Shown here in pieces: positions 19,089 to 29,331 of a stretch of DNA of 56,446 bases. How positions within the stretch are numbered: the first letter of the stretch is position 1; every line of letters begins with the position of its first letter. The notes below the pieces were generated by a model that was not told the DNA's origin, searched no databases, and saw only the letters and a program-made list of their open reading frames with translations. Made by a program: the position numbers and the translations under genes. Source of the stretch: a virus (Duplodnaviria; Caudoviricetes); IMG/VR virus record IMGVR_UViG_3300023179_000130, positions 1-56,446 of that record. One strand, written 5' to 3'.

Positions 19089-19768
19089 TATATTTTTTTC
19101 ATATGAGTTTTAATATAATCAATATTTGGAAATTTTTTACTACCCAAAAGACCATCAGCAAACCCATAATCTACCGCCTCATTAGCTGTAAGTATCCAAT
19201 CTAATTTATTGGCTAATTGAGACGTAATATGCTTACGCACCATCAGTTTTTTCCAATTTTTTTGCTTACACATACTACTATTCATACACCTTTCAGTAAA
19301 TATTTCTATCATCTTATCACATTCTTGTTCATTCCATTTAATAGAACTAGCAGCGGCTTTTGAGTGTTCTTCATTTATACTAAAAGACCCATAATGTATC
19401 ATCATATTAGTATTTGTGGTCAATATTCTTAAATGCGCAGCTTGCAACAATACGCTACTTGAAGATTCTGCTTTAGCATATGCTATAATGCAGATTTTAC
19501 TTTTTGAACTTTTAATAGCATCATACATACCTAAACAGTCTTGCCAAGCACCGCCGGGTAGATGCATATGTACTAAGATTGGTTCTAAAGAAATAAGATT
19601 TAGGTATCTTAAATTTTTCTCAAACATAACAGCACTACGGTAATCTACTCCTCCTTCTTCTTCATTATCAGAAAGATAAGAATGAAGATATATTTCTCTA
19701 TTTGCCGTATCTATATTATAGTCATGTATATCAGATAAGTTAGGAGAGTTTATCGAGTTCTTGCTCAT
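19088..19768 (-). CDS. clpP: ClpP-family serine protease
   Basis: REIYL, HLPGG, AESSSS (Ser), MMIHYG (His), LDWILTANEAVDYGFAD (Asp). Confidence 0.85.
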   Translation of the reverse strand: MSKNSINSPNLSDIHDYNIDTANREIYLHSYLSDNEEEGGVDYRSAVMFEKNLRYLNLISLEPILVHMHLPGGAWQDCLGMYDAIKSSKSKICIIAYAKAESSSSVLLQAAHLRILTTNTNMMIHYGSFSINEEHSKAAASSIKWNEQECDKMIEIFTERCMNSSMCKQKNWKKLMVRKHITSQLANKLDWILTANEAVDYGFADGLLGSKKFPNIDYIKTHMKKI

Positions 19769-20240
19769 CTAAATACCTACAAATATTATCTTGAATTCTA
19801 ACCATAGTTTCTGAAGCCCCAAAACACTTACCTATAGCAATTCTAAAACGATATCTAGTAAAAATATCAAGAGCTTCTACTCCATCAGTATCTTCTATTA
19901 TTTTAGTTATATTTACTGTTATATCAAAATTTGTATGGCCTATCCAAAAATTAAAAATTTTACTAGAAGCAGTATGTTCATTATATGGTATAAGACCCAT
20001 AGGAGAAGCGATCACTTTAATAGTTTGTTTGTTAATTAAATGATCATCGCTATCATCTATATCTTCTGAATCATCATAATCAATATTAGTTTTTTTATTT
20101 ATATTATTTTGTTTGATATATTCATTCGAAGATATATTTGGATTAGTGTTCTCATAGTCTAAAAAAGACGACTCTTCTACATCTTGTCCAAATGGATCGA
20201 TCCATTTTTGCCATATTATGCTATATTTTTCATGAACCAT
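19740..20240 (-). CDS. Hypothetical phage protein
   Basis: 166 aa; WIGHTNFDIT and GVEALDIFTRYRFRI motifs. Confidence 0.6.
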   Translation of the reverse strand: MVHEKYSIIWQKWIDPFGQDVEESSFLDYENTNPNISSNEYIKQNNINKKTNIDYDDSEDIDDSDDHLINKQTIKVIASPMGLIPYNEHTASSKIFNFWIGHTNFDITVNITKIIEDTDGVEALDIFTRYRFRIAIGKCFGASETMVRIQDNICRYLDEQELDKLS

Positions 20241-20247
20241 AATTAAT

Positions 20248-20670
20248 TTATCGCTTATTATTAGTTATAAAAACTTCGGTAGGGCGTACTTTTGGACCCG
20301 ATATATTATTATTTTTTATCTGATCAGCAATCAATGATGCCCAACTCATTAAACTAGCTTGGATATATTCTGACTGTTCAGGATTTTTATGGTTCATATC
20401 TGTAATGATATTTAATATGTTATTTTCATAAACACCATTATTTATCATAAATAACATTTTACCAAAACTATCAGACGATGGTAAATTTTGATTATTAAAT
20501 TTAATTTTTATTATAGTTCTATCCCATTCATCTATAATAAAACTAATACTATTTTCTATTTTATCTTCTGGTTCTTCTGGTTCTTGTGGTTCTTGTGGTT
20601 TTTGTGATACCTTAGAAGATTTATCGTCTGTAAAAATACTTATAAAGTTATTTAATAAATTTTTTATCAT
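20248..20670 (-). CDS. Hypothetical protein
   Basis: 140-aa ORF in operon. Confidence 0.55.
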   Translation of the reverse strand: MIKNLLNNFISIFTDDKSSKVSQKPQEPQEPEEPEDKIENSISFIIDEWDRTIIKIKFNNQNLPSSDSFGKMLFMINNGVYENNILNIITDMNHKNPEQSEYIQASLMSWASLIADQIKNNNISGPKVRPTEVFITNNKR

Positions 20671-21050
20671 AGTTTTTGAATTACATTAAAAATTAGATTA
20701 GAATATTTATTTGGTTTAGTATATTCAAATGAAATCCAATAAGAAGAAATAATTGTTTCATGATAATCTACAAGAAAACCATAAACAGTATTAATAGTTG
20801 TATCCGAACTTTCTATATTATCTGAGTTTAAACAAATAATTTGAGGAATTAATGATAAATTATTATCTGATATTTTTAATTCTTTTAGATAGTTAATTAG
20901 AGCTTGGTTAATATTATTTTTATTATCAGAATTAACAGAAATTTTAGGTAAAATGATATCGTCTTGATTTAGAGACAATATATATTTTTTATTTTTAGGT
21001 ATATCCGTAGATAATACTACGCAATAACAGTCTATATCAAATTTATTCAT
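20667..21050 (-). CDS. Hypothetical protein
   Basis: 127-aa ORF overlapping the sigma factor stop. Confidence 0.55.
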   Translation of the reverse strand: MNKFDIDCYCVVLSTDIPKNKKYILSLNQDDIILPKISVNSDNKNNINQALINYLKELKISDNNLSLIPQIICLNSDNIESSDTTINTVYGFLVDYHETIISSYWISFEYTKPNKYSNLIFNVIQKL

Positions 21051-21714
21051 AGCATATGTCCTTAATAATATTAATTGCCTTATTTAGGCCCTGTCTTACA
21101 GCCTCTCTAGTTATATTATATTTTTTGCCAATCTGTTCAAAAGTTTGATTTTCAAAATAATACAGTTTAATATAGTCTCTTTGTCTATCTGTTAGTATCG
21201 TAGAATTTAATAATTCTTTGATAGTAGAGATAAGATTATTTTCTTCTTCTTGCGCCATTAATATATTCTCTGGCGGCTCACAGCTCATATTTTCTATTAA
21301 CTCATGAATAGATATATCACTATGGGATGAGTCTATATCGTTTTGGTAATCTAAAGAATAGACTTTCTTTTTCTTTATCTTATTCTTATGATCATAATTT
21401 TTAGTAATATATGTTTTTATGGCCCATATTGCACACTGATTACGATATGAGTATTTTGTCTTTTTAGTTTTTTGTTCATTTTCATAGTTTTCATCCCATC
21501 TCCAATCAGCCATCATAATAGCATTAGCAATACTAGAAATAGCCTCTTCATCTTTTAGCATTTTTGATGCTAGTCCACTATATATAGTATTTGCAAATTT
21601 AGAAATAGCTTTTTTTGCTAATAATAAATAAGTTTCTAATGAATCAAATTTAATATTTTCATGATTTTTATATTCAATTTTTTGATTACCAATACCGCTT
21701 AATTGTAAAAACAT
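21043..21714 (-). CDS. Sigma-70 family RNA polymerase sigma factor (group 3-like)
   Basis: Region 4 LTDRQRDYIKLYY..QTFEQIG..YNITREAVRQ; divergent region 2 (A..RWD...KYSY...AIWAI). Confidence 0.85.
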   Translation of the reverse strand: MFLQLSGIGNQKIEYKNHENIKFDSLETYLLLAKKAISKFANTIYSGLASKMLKDEEAISSIANAIMMADWRWDENYENEQKTKKTKYSYRNQCAIWAIKTYITKNYDHKNKIKKKKVYSLDYQNDIDSSHSDISIHELIENMSCEPPENILMAQEEENNLISTIKELLNSTILTDRQRDYIKLYYFENQTFEQIGKKYNITREAVRQGLNKAINIIKDICYE

Positions 21715-21802
21715 ATTTTTCCTAATCCTTTTAGTAAAGTCCTAATATCCGGTAAATAATAAATCTATCTATTCTCTAAAATACTAACTAGCTAATTTAA
21801 GT

Positions 21803-23206
21803 CTATTTTTGAGCTTCCTTAAAAGCTTTTGGATCGGGCCTGTCACTATCTCCGGGTTTAGCGGGTTTATAGTTTTTACCCTCTCTTTGTTTCTTTTTTC
21901 TAATATTTTCCCATAGTCCCGGTTTATGTGAAGCCGGTAAAGTTGGTTGACTATCGGTTGGTGCAGAAGTGTTGTTGTCGTTGGTGGTTGGAGTGTTTAT
22001 GGTTTCATTTTCTTTTTCTTCGTTCTCTTCATTAGTCTCATCATGATCTTCGATATTTTCATTATGAGGAATGGGGTTTTGAAGAACTATTGTTGATGGT
22101 CTTAATACTGGTAAAAATCTATATGATAGATTTATGGGTTTTTTAACTGTTAAGTGTTTCTTTCTAGGATGTTTAATTTCTTTTCTGAACGCTTCTGTTG
22201 TATCGTCATCGTCATACTGATCGAAAAACATGACAAAATCATAGATGGTTCTTATGTAATCTTCTGTAACCGCGATTTTACTTTGTAACCATGGTTCTGT
22301 CAAATTTTCTTGTACGGTTGGATCGTCTAAAGAATTTAATAACTGTTGACCATATACTACTATAGCTTTAATAGACGAAATACTCATGTTATAAAAATCT
22401 TGTTTATAGTCGTCTATGGTACTTTCATCTGTAGATTCTTCGTCATTAGCATCCATTTCTTCAACATCATGTATACTATCTATATTATCTGGATTAATAG
22501 GTAGATCTGACACTAAGTAATTAGAATCTTCCATAGTATCATTAATCATCATCATTGGTTCTAATTCTTGAACCGATGGGAAAATACTAATACCAGACAA
22601 TTGAACTTCTGTCTTTTTAAGAATATCTCCTTTATCCCAACTAGGACCACTATTTGTGGTTTTATATACCACTACATTGCCCATATTATCTGGTAGTGGT
22701 TCCAATTTTTCAACTACCCCTTCGCTACCATAATGAGTACATGAAGTATTAATATTTTTAACTTTATCTCCTGGATTAATCATAAAACTTTGTGCTTTAT
22801 GAAATTCTCTTAATTTTTCAAATACTAATTGATCAATTTGATCAGATGGTGAAACATGTTTTATTTCATCCTGTGGTAGTTCTACTACTGTTTGTATTTT
22901 AGCTTTTATTCCAAGTTTTTCTTTACTGGCTTCTGGTAAAGCATCAACGAATTCTGATCCTTTCTTTTTGCAAAAATTATATAGTTTATGTAGAAAAGCA
23001 TCGTATGATATCTTGCCACTCATTCTGCCATAATTACTAATAGCATCTTTGACATCGGCTGGAGAAACAATAGGAAATGATTTAGTTTCAGGAAATAAAA
23101 AATCACTATGTTTAAGTTCGCTTCTTTTCTTACCTTCATAAGTTTTTTGTGAAGCTGCGGATAGTTCTTGTTTAATACTATTTAATATTTCATGAATTCT
23201 ATACAT
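21803..23206 (-). CDS. Mosaic multi-domain phage protein
   Basis: N-terminal FPI...DV..A...YGR module, SH3/Tudor-like GDKVKN..HYGSEGVV module, acidic linkers, C-terminal PGLWENIRKK module. Confidence 0.6.
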   Translation of the reverse strand: MYRIHEILNSIKQELSAASQKTYEGKKRSELKHSDFLFPETKSFPIVSPADVKDAISNYGRMSGKISYDAFLHKLYNFCKKKGSEFVDALPEASKEKLGIKAKIQTVVELPQDEIKHVSPSDQIDQLVFEKLREFHKAQSFMINPGDKVKNINTSCTHYGSEGVVEKLEPLPDNMGNVVVYKTTNSGPSWDKGDILKKTEVQLSGISIFPSVQELEPMMMINDTMEDSNYLVSDLPINPDNIDSIHDVEEMDANDEESTDESTIDDYKQDFYNMSISSIKAIVVYGQQLLNSLDDPTVQENLTEPWLQSKIAVTEDYIRTIYDFVMFFDQYDDDDTTEAFRKEIKHPRKKHLTVKKPINLSYRFLPVLRPSTIVLQNPIPHNENIEDHDETNEENEEKENETINTPTTNDNNTSAPTDSQPTLPASHKPGLWENIRKKKQREGKNYKPAKPGDSDRPDPKAFKEAQK

Positions 23207-23238
23207 TTTATGTCTCTTTATTTATTATTTTTATAGAT

Positions 23239-23841
23239 TTATGCTTGAATGCTAAGAAAGTTGTCTAATCCCATCTGTTCAATTAGTTTAAGATATCCAC
23301 TATATAGTATAATGCCATCTTCACTACCTTGTAGTAATGGAATCATAACATTTGCTGTAATTTCATCTCCAACAGATCTAGCAGCAGATATTGTTGCTCT
23401 TTCTGCTTTTGATGCCTCTTGAACAGAATCTAAATTATATTGTATCATAGCTATCATATCATGTCTTTTCCAAACCGGGGGTTGAACAACTAATGGTTGA
23501 TAATCAGCATCAAAAAATTCTAATCTAGTTAAATTAATCATAGCATGTTGATGCTCTTGCAAAGCGTCTGCTTTTATTACTTCGGCTAATTTAGCATATC
23601 CCCATCTTTCTAAATGTACCGCTTGAGCTGAAAGAGCTGTTGTTTGTTGCCAGTGGATATTTAAAGATTTTTTAAGTAATTCGATAACGTCAGTATTGAC
23701 ATAATTCTTAGCCTCTTGATCTGATAGAAGCTGTTTGTGGTCGATTGCCTCGTCTGCCATGATTTTTACATTTTCATTAAAAGATTTTTTAGATTGTTCT
23801 TGTAGTAATAGTTCATTGATAGTATGATTATTATTTGACAT
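23239..23841 (-). CDS. Bacterioferritin-like protein with altered metal ligands
   Basis: ERWGYAKLA, EHQHA...RLEFFD and GLDNFL align with Bfr (NWG..L, EMKHA..ER.LFL, GLQNYL). Confidence 0.8.
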   Translation of the reverse strand: MSNNNHTINELLLQEQSKKSFNENVKIMADEAIDHKQLLSDQEAKNYVNTDVIELLKKSLNIHWQQTTALSAQAVHLERWGYAKLAEVIKADALQEHQHAMINLTRLEFFDADYQPLVVQPPVWKRHDMIAMIQYNLDSVQEASKAERATISAARSVGDEITANVMIPLLQGSEDGIILYSGYLKLIEQMGLDNFLSIQA

Positions 23842-23850
23842 TATAATTCC

Positions 23851-24396
23851 TTATGTTAAATCAGATACATTTGTTGTTGACCACATTTTGCATGACCAAT
23901 AATTTGGTTTCCATTTTGGACCAGGATTATCGCAATGATGCCTAGCTCTATAAGATTTTCTTCTTTCAGGATCGTCTCTTTTGATTTCCATATTAGGGTC
24001 ACCGAAGTTTACCTTAACAATATTACCTTTATCATTTTTTACATATACAGAAAACTTTTTAGGACCGCTCGGTGTTCTGAAAGGCTTATTGAGCTTTACT
24101 TTTTTATTTTTTTCTGCGGCAATAATTTTATCTTCATCGTCATATATTTCAGTAGCATCAACCTCCCAAATAAATTCATCCCAGTTATCATCCCATTTAC
24201 AATTACTAGCTAATAAATTATTGTGAACTTCTTGTATTAAAGAAGATTTTTCTTTTTTATCTTTAATGCTTTCAGATAAGCAAATAGCTACTCTTTGTTT
24301 GGTATTTGGATATTCCTTTTTCATTATATCGTCACTCATACAACGAGAAACATATTTTTGTTTATCTTCATTTTTTTCTGGTTTTGGTATTGGCAT
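23851..24396 (-). CDS. Two-module hypothetical phage protein
   Basis: PIPKP...YVSRCM...QRVAIC module plus LNKPFRTP..KKFSVYV..VNFGD..RRKSYRARHHC module. Confidence 0.65.
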   Translation of the reverse strand: MPIPKPEKNEDKQKYVSRCMSDDIMKKEYPNTKQRVAICLSESIKDKKEKSSLIQEVHNNLLASNCKWDDNWDEFIWEVDATEIYDDEDKIIAAEKNKKVKLNKPFRTPSGPKKFSVYVKNDKGNIVKVNFGDPNMEIKRDDPERRKSYRARHHCDNPGPKWKPNYWSCKMWSTTNVSDLT

Positions 24397-24407
24397 TTTA
24401 TTACTTC

Positions 24408-25475
24408 TTAAAAAATAGTAGACGAAATAATATTTGCAGTATTAGTCCAGCTATATTTTTCAGCTGTAGCTAATCCTTGTGGATTTGATCTAATATTATC
24501 ATTATACACTTTTTTCATATAATATACTGTTTGTTCTAATTGGTCATTTCCTAATTTGGCCCAATTACCTTGACCATTAAACCATTTGTTATCGTATGCT
24601 GGTTCTTTTTCTTCAATATAAACTAAGTAACTATTATTTTCATTACAATATTCTGTATGAGCAGAGTAGAATGTTGTTATAATTGGTTTATTCATAGCCA
24701 TACATTCAATAATTTCATTATTCCATCCCTCTGCTCTTGATAAAAATACTCCACAATCACCATGATTAATAAAAGATGCCAAATCATATTGTGTTTCAAC
24801 CCTGTTAAACACTTTAATTTTTGAAGATAATTTACTATTATCCGCTAATTTTAGCCAATTTTGTTCTTCTTCTTTGTTAAGAAATGGATTATATGGCATT
24901 AGCCAAAGTTCAACATTATCATTAATATCAAAAGTAGTTTCAAAAGCTTTAATTAAAAAGTCTTGACTTTTTCTTTTTTCCCATTTTCCTATATGAAAAA
25001 AAATATACGGTTGATTTTCTAGTTTAATTTTAGACGATTGTTTAAATATGGAGGTATCAACGCCTAACGGAGCCACAGTTATACTTTTGTATATACCATT
25101 ATGAATTAAAATATTTTTCCCCCATTCAGATGCTACAAATAAATGATCTGGATAATTTAGATGATGTTTCTCTAGTTCGGAAAAGGTGTCTAGTTCAAAA
25201 AATGGAAAAGCATAATATTTACCTTTTCCTATACTAGATGCCAAATCATTTTGATGCCATATTTTTAGACAAGGAGCGGTATATTCAAAATGTTGATTAT
25301 TTTGTAAGCATTGTTGTAGTAATAGTTTTTCATCATCAGAATTAAATGTCATATTATTACCAACAGGAAACAATGCAATATTTTCATTTATTTTAAATAG
25401 TTCTTTTAGAATATTTAAGGAAGTAATTCCGTATCCAGTACCTCCGATTGGGCAATTGATATTTAAATTTTTCAT
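24408..25475 (-). CDS. Glycosyltransferase, GT-B / family 4
   Basis: TGYG, PLGVD, GKWEKRK, SRAEGW...ECMAMNKPII. Confidence 0.88.
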   Translation of the reverse strand: MKNLNINCPIGGTGYGITSLNILKELFKINENIALFPVGNNMTFNSDDEKLLLQQCLQNNQHFEYTAPCLKIWHQNDLASSIGKGKYYAFPFFELDTFSELEKHHLNYPDHLFVASEWGKNILIHNGIYKSITVAPLGVDTSIFKQSSKIKLENQPYIFFHIGKWEKRKSQDFLIKAFETTFDINDNVELWLMPYNPFLNKEEEQNWLKLADNSKLSSKIKVFNRVETQYDLASFINHGDCGVFLSRAEGWNNEIIECMAMNKPIITTFYSAHTEYCNENNSYLVYIEEKEPAYDNKWFNGQGNWAKLGNDQLEQTVYYMKKVYNDNIRSNPQGLATAEKYSWTNTANIISSTIF

Positions 25476-26605
25476 TTTTCATGAATCCTATTGTGGGTAT
25501 TGTTTACCATAATAAATGTTGTTTTTTTACCAAAATCCTTGATCTTAGAAGCTCCTATATAAGTGCAAGCGCTACGCATACCTCCAAAAATATCTTGAAG
25601 AATATCTTTTACTGGTCCTTTAAAGGGAACCTGAACACATCTTCCCTCACTAGTTCTATAATTAGCAACACCATTATGATGTTTTTCCATAGCTTCTTTA
25701 CTACTCATACCATAAAATTTAAGTCTAACTTTTCTTTTTGGCCCACCCATGCCGGGATCTATTGATTGCCAAAAGGGTTCAGCATTGGTAACATCAAAAC
25801 CAGCTTGGTATTCATAATCCCATTCTCCTTCACATTCATCACAACCGGCGAAGAAATTGCCACACATTACAAAATCTGCATTAGCGCCAAAGATTTTACA
25901 AACATCTCCAACGTGTTTACATCCTCCGTCTCCGCAAATATGTCCACCAAGACCGTGCGCCGCATCAGAGCATTCCAGACAAGCAGAGATTTGACCATAA
26001 CCCACGCCTGTTTTTAATCTTGTGGTACAAACAGATCCTGGGCCTATACCAACTTTGACTATATCAACTTTACCGTGAAGTATAAGTTCCTCTACCATTT
26101 CTTGGGTGACTACATTGCCCGCCATAATAATAATTTCTTCGTAAAGTTTACGGATATGAGCAACTGTTTTTACAAATTTTTCGCTATAGCCATTTGCTAC
26201 ATCAACGCAAACATTTGGTAAAGAAAACCCTTTATTTTTTAAGGTATTAAATACGTGTATCAATTTATCTATATCTGACGTTGATGTGCCAGTAGAATAA
26301 AAACATAATTCTTTATGAAGACTGACACCGCTTTCTGAATAATATTCGATTAGTTGTTCTGGACTATAGTGTTTATGTAGTGCTACTATTGCTTTATGAT
26401 TGCATACCTGATTAGCCATATTAAAAGTACCAGTAGTATCCATATTGGCAACAATTACTGGAATAGCAGAGATTTTTCGTGGAGAATGAACAAAATGAAA
26501 ATCTCTAATTATATTGACTTCTGATCTACTGGATAAGTTGGATCTTTTGGGCCTTATAAGAACATCGTCAAAATCTAATTTAAGATCTGTTATAATTTTT
26601 TGCAT
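25472..26605 (-). CDS. guaC: GMP reductase
   Basis: LDFDDVLIRPKRS, ANMDTTGT, DVANGYSE, GIGPGSVCTTR, FYGMSS, RSACTY. Confidence 0.95.
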   Translation of the reverse strand: MQKIITDLKLDFDDVLIRPKRSNLSSRSEVNIIRDFHFVHSPRKISAIPVIVANMDTTGTFNMANQVCNHKAIVALHKHYSPEQLIEYYSESGVSLHKELCFYSTGTSTSDIDKLIHVFNTLKNKGFSLPNVCVDVANGYSEKFVKTVAHIRKLYEEIIIMAGNVVTQEMVEELILHGKVDIVKVGIGPGSVCTTRLKTGVGYGQISACLECSDAAHGLGGHICGDGGCKHVGDVCKIFGANADFVMCGNFFAGCDECEGEWDYEYQAGFDVTNAEPFWQSIDPGMGGPKRKVRLKFYGMSSKEAMEKHHNGVANYRTSEGRCVQVPFKGPVKDILQDIFGGMRSACTYIGASKIKDFGKKTTFIMVNNTHNRIHEK

Positions 26606-26607
26606 AT

Positions 26608-27066
26608 TTAATTATTTTTGTGATGTAGGTCTGTTTTTGTTTTATCTGTAAAATAATAACTACCATAACTTAGAAAGATTTCTTCATTTTTTTTTATAGG
26701 CTGCACAGCTATAACATCTGCAAATAACTGAGAATAATTAAATCTCCACTTTGCATTAGGATTATCTTGATGATTGTACATCATACCATAGCCAAGCACC
26801 ATGTGCATAATCATTCCGTGTTTTTGGCATTCACTACATTTACATGGTGGTTGAGCATATAGATAATTAAAAATTTGAGGGTCTAGCTGATACTTGGATC
26901 TATATTCCATTTGTATCATAGGACATCTTTCTATTACTTCGCCTACATTGATATTTTGAGTGGAAAAAACTCCTCTACCATGAACAAGAGAATTTCCTAA
27001 TATAACTTTATTATTAGGTAAAAAATCTAATTTGGTAGAATCATCTGGTCTTACATAATGTTCCAT
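26608..27066 (-). CDS. SET-domain lysine methyltransferase
   Basis: GRGVFS, YNHQDNPN, EEIFLSYG. Confidence 0.88.
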   Translation of the reverse strand: MEHYVRPDDSTKLDFLPNNKVILGNSLVHGRGVFSTQNINVGEVIERCPMIQMEYRSKYQLDPQIFNYLYAQPPCKCSECQKHGMIMHMVLGYGMMYNHQDNPNAKWRFNYSQLFADVIAVQPIKKNEEIFLSYGSYYFTDKTKTDLHHKNN

Positions 27067-27106
27067 AAAAAGCCATTTGTTTGTTTTATATTTTACTTTA
27101 CACTAT

Positions 27107-27637
27107 CTATAAATTAAAAAAATACCATCTCTTATATGTTTCTATATGATCTGATTTATCTATATAATTTAAATACTCTTTTATATCTGACCAATCAGAA
27201 AAAATCATTTGATGAGGTATAGTACCAAATAGCCAGTCTGGAGTTTGATCTTTGCCTTGTTCCATATGTATTATAATCGGTTTTTTTTGTCTATTAGCCC
27301 AGAATATTTCTTCTAAAGTTCCGCATGGATGGGTATTAATATCTAAATTAACTATTAAAAAATCACTAATATCTACCATTCTTAAATCGACTGCTCTTAT
27401 AGTTTTCATAAGAGATGATAGTTCGTGATACCTATGTTCTTTTTTAAGATTAGATTTAATTTCATGGGTATTATTATCTTCTAATCCAATATCCGTAGGT
27501 TTATTAATAGGATTTAAAACAATAATCCCCATATTTTCTAAAAATGGAGTAATTGTCTCTCTCCATCCTGAACCTCTATCTGGAACCCTGTCCATAGCTC
27601 CTGCTAAATATACTCTTTGATTTTTTAGTCTGTTCAT
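27107..27637 (-). CDS. Nucleoside 2-deoxyribosyltransferase-like protein
   Basis: VYLAGAM, WR, DL..VD.SD, GTLEEI. Confidence 0.82.
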   Translation of the reverse strand: MNRLKNQRVYLAGAMDRVPDRGSGWRETITPFLENMGIIVLNPINKPTDIGLEDNNTHEIKSNLKKEHRYHELSSLMKTIRAVDLRMVDISDFLIVNLDINTHPCGTLEEIFWANRQKKPIIIHMEQGKDQTPDWLFGTIPHQMIFSDWSDIKEYLNYIDKSDHIETYKRWYFFNL

Positions 27638-27676
27638 AATATAAAAATTTAGTATATAGTAAAATAGATTGAAATA

Positions 27677-27820
27677 TTAAAAATATTTTGTGTCGAAAAA
27701 ATATTCTATTAAATTTGTACAAGTTGGTGCTGTAGGTAATTCGCCTTTTGAGGTCTTATAAATTACCATTAACCCTTTAAAAATGCCTATTAAAATAGCT
27801 AATGAAAAAATAAATACCAT
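27677..27820 (-). CDS. Possible small membrane protein (47 aa)
   Basis: Hydrophobic N-terminus MVFIFSLAILIGIF fills an otherwise empty gap. Confidence 0.3.
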   Translation of the reverse strand: MVFIFSLAILIGIFKGLMVIYKTSKGELPTAPTCTNLIEYFFDTKYF

Positions 27821-27899
27821 AATAATCAGAATAAATGTTTGTTAGATGGAGTCCCATAGTCATTATAACCAAATTCTACAAAAGAGGAATCTGGTATTT

Positions 27900-28550
27900 T
27901 TAGACTTGATCGTTTTCTATCATTTTTAGAACTTTTTTCATTACCGCAGCCCTATCCAAAAACATTGTAGCGTGAAAAAATCTGCATTCTTTAGGTATTT
28001 GTCTATGATCATGAATATGTGGATTCCATATATAATCTAGTTTAGTCCAAGGTATATTAAAATTTTCTGGCATTATTATATTATTACTACCGCTATCAAT
28101 TCCTAATAAATGTAACATAGCGTCTTGTTCCCACCAACCGTCACTTCGAGGTAGACTATTATATTGCCATAGTTCATGAAACCATTCTAAACATTTTTTA
28201 TCTAAAACCCAAACACCACAATTAGGTACGCTGCCTATAGGAACTTCATGAACAACCATACCCACATGAGAATTATATTCTAAATCATTCATAATATCTT
28301 TATCAAATCGACATATAACCACATCAGCATCTATCCATAGTACTCTATCATACACATTAAATAATTTTATAATTAGTTCTATTTTCCACCATGAATAATG
28401 TCTTTTTTTTGTTTTATTACTGAAGAAAGACTCATTTGGTATAAATAAGTCATAATCGTGTAATGATGCATATTTTTGAAGTGTTGGTATGGATATGTTT
28501 AGTAGTTCATTTTGACTACCAAAACCAAAAGAAGTTAATACTTTTTTCAT
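27900..28550 (-). CDS. Glycosyltransferase, GT34-like
   Basis: YA..H.Y, WWKI, WIDAD (DxD), NCGV, WEQDAM. Confidence 0.82.
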   Translation of the reverse strand: MKKVLTSFGFGSQNELLNISIPTLQKYASLHDYDLFIPNESFFSNKTKKRHYSWWKIELIIKLFNVYDRVLWIDADVVICRFDKDIMNDLEYNSHVGMVVHEVPIGSVPNCGVWVLDKKCLEWFHELWQYNSLPRSDGWWEQDAMLHLLGIDSGSNNIIMPENFNIPWTKLDYIWNPHIHDHRQIPKECRFFHATMFLDRAAVMKKVLKMIENDQV

Positions 28551-29326
28551 TTTATGCTTATCTCTTTAAGAAATTGTAAATAGTATTCATGGATCATAGG
28601 ATTATTTACCCATGATGATTTTATGCCATAGTTTGTAAAATGAAAGAATATTGGCTCATATTCCTCATTAATTAACCATTTATTATTTACTCGATTAATA
28701 ATATTTGTAGATACATTCCATTCCGCTATATTACATCCTCTATGTTTACAGATATGTACTATATCAGAAAATTCTAAACACATAATATCTAAATATTTTT
28801 GATCATAATAAAGACCCTGATAAAGATTTTTTTCGCAATTCCAGGATACGACATTATTCCACCAATTCAAAGCTGGTAAACCATTTTTTGTTGCTGCTAT
28901 GAATCCAGCATTGAAAAAACCGTCCTGAAATAAAGCTAAAAATTGATTATCTATATTAGGTTGTTTTGATGGTAGTAGGGGTCTAAAATGAGGAGTTAAT
29001 AGTACTCCGTCTAAATCAGCTATAAGAAAATCAGCATTATTTACAAAATATATATCGTTGTCTATATAAATGCATTTATCGTAAAAATTATTTAATAGAT
29101 ATATAGCAATAGCTGACTTTAATGACCATCTGACACTATCATAATTATCCTGATAGCGATCTAATATATATTGTATTTTTTCATCTTTTAATAATTTGAT
29201 TTGATCTATATCAAAATTCAAAATATCTGTTTGAGTATTTAAATTTCTAGATAATGATCCTAATGCTATTTTACCCTTTTGAACATAGTCTGGGGTAGAT
29301 ATACTGAATATTACTGTATTGGCCAT
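28547..29326 (-). CDS. GT-A fold glycosyltransferase
   Basis: YIDNDI, LLTPH, GFFNAGF, DQKYLD, NIAEWN, FFHF. Confidence 0.8.
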   Translation of the reverse strand: MANTVIFSISTPDYVQKGKIALGSLSRNLNTQTDILNFDIDQIKLLKDEKIQYILDRYQDNYDSVRWSLKSAIAIYLLNNFYDKCIYIDNDIYFVNNADFLIADLDGVLLTPHFRPLLPSKQPNIDNQFLALFQDGFFNAGFIAATKNGLPALNWWNNVVSWNCEKNLYQGLYYDQKYLDIMCLEFSDIVHICKHRGCNIAEWNVSTNIINRVNNKWLINEEYEPIFFHFTNYGIKSSWVNNPMIHEYYLQFLKEISIK

Positions 29327-29331
29327 AGATA

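Noticed and set aside
20569-20604. 9-bp tandem repeat (TGGTTCTTG-like, about 4 copies)
   Set aside because: In-frame low-complexity PQE/PEE linker inside a CDS
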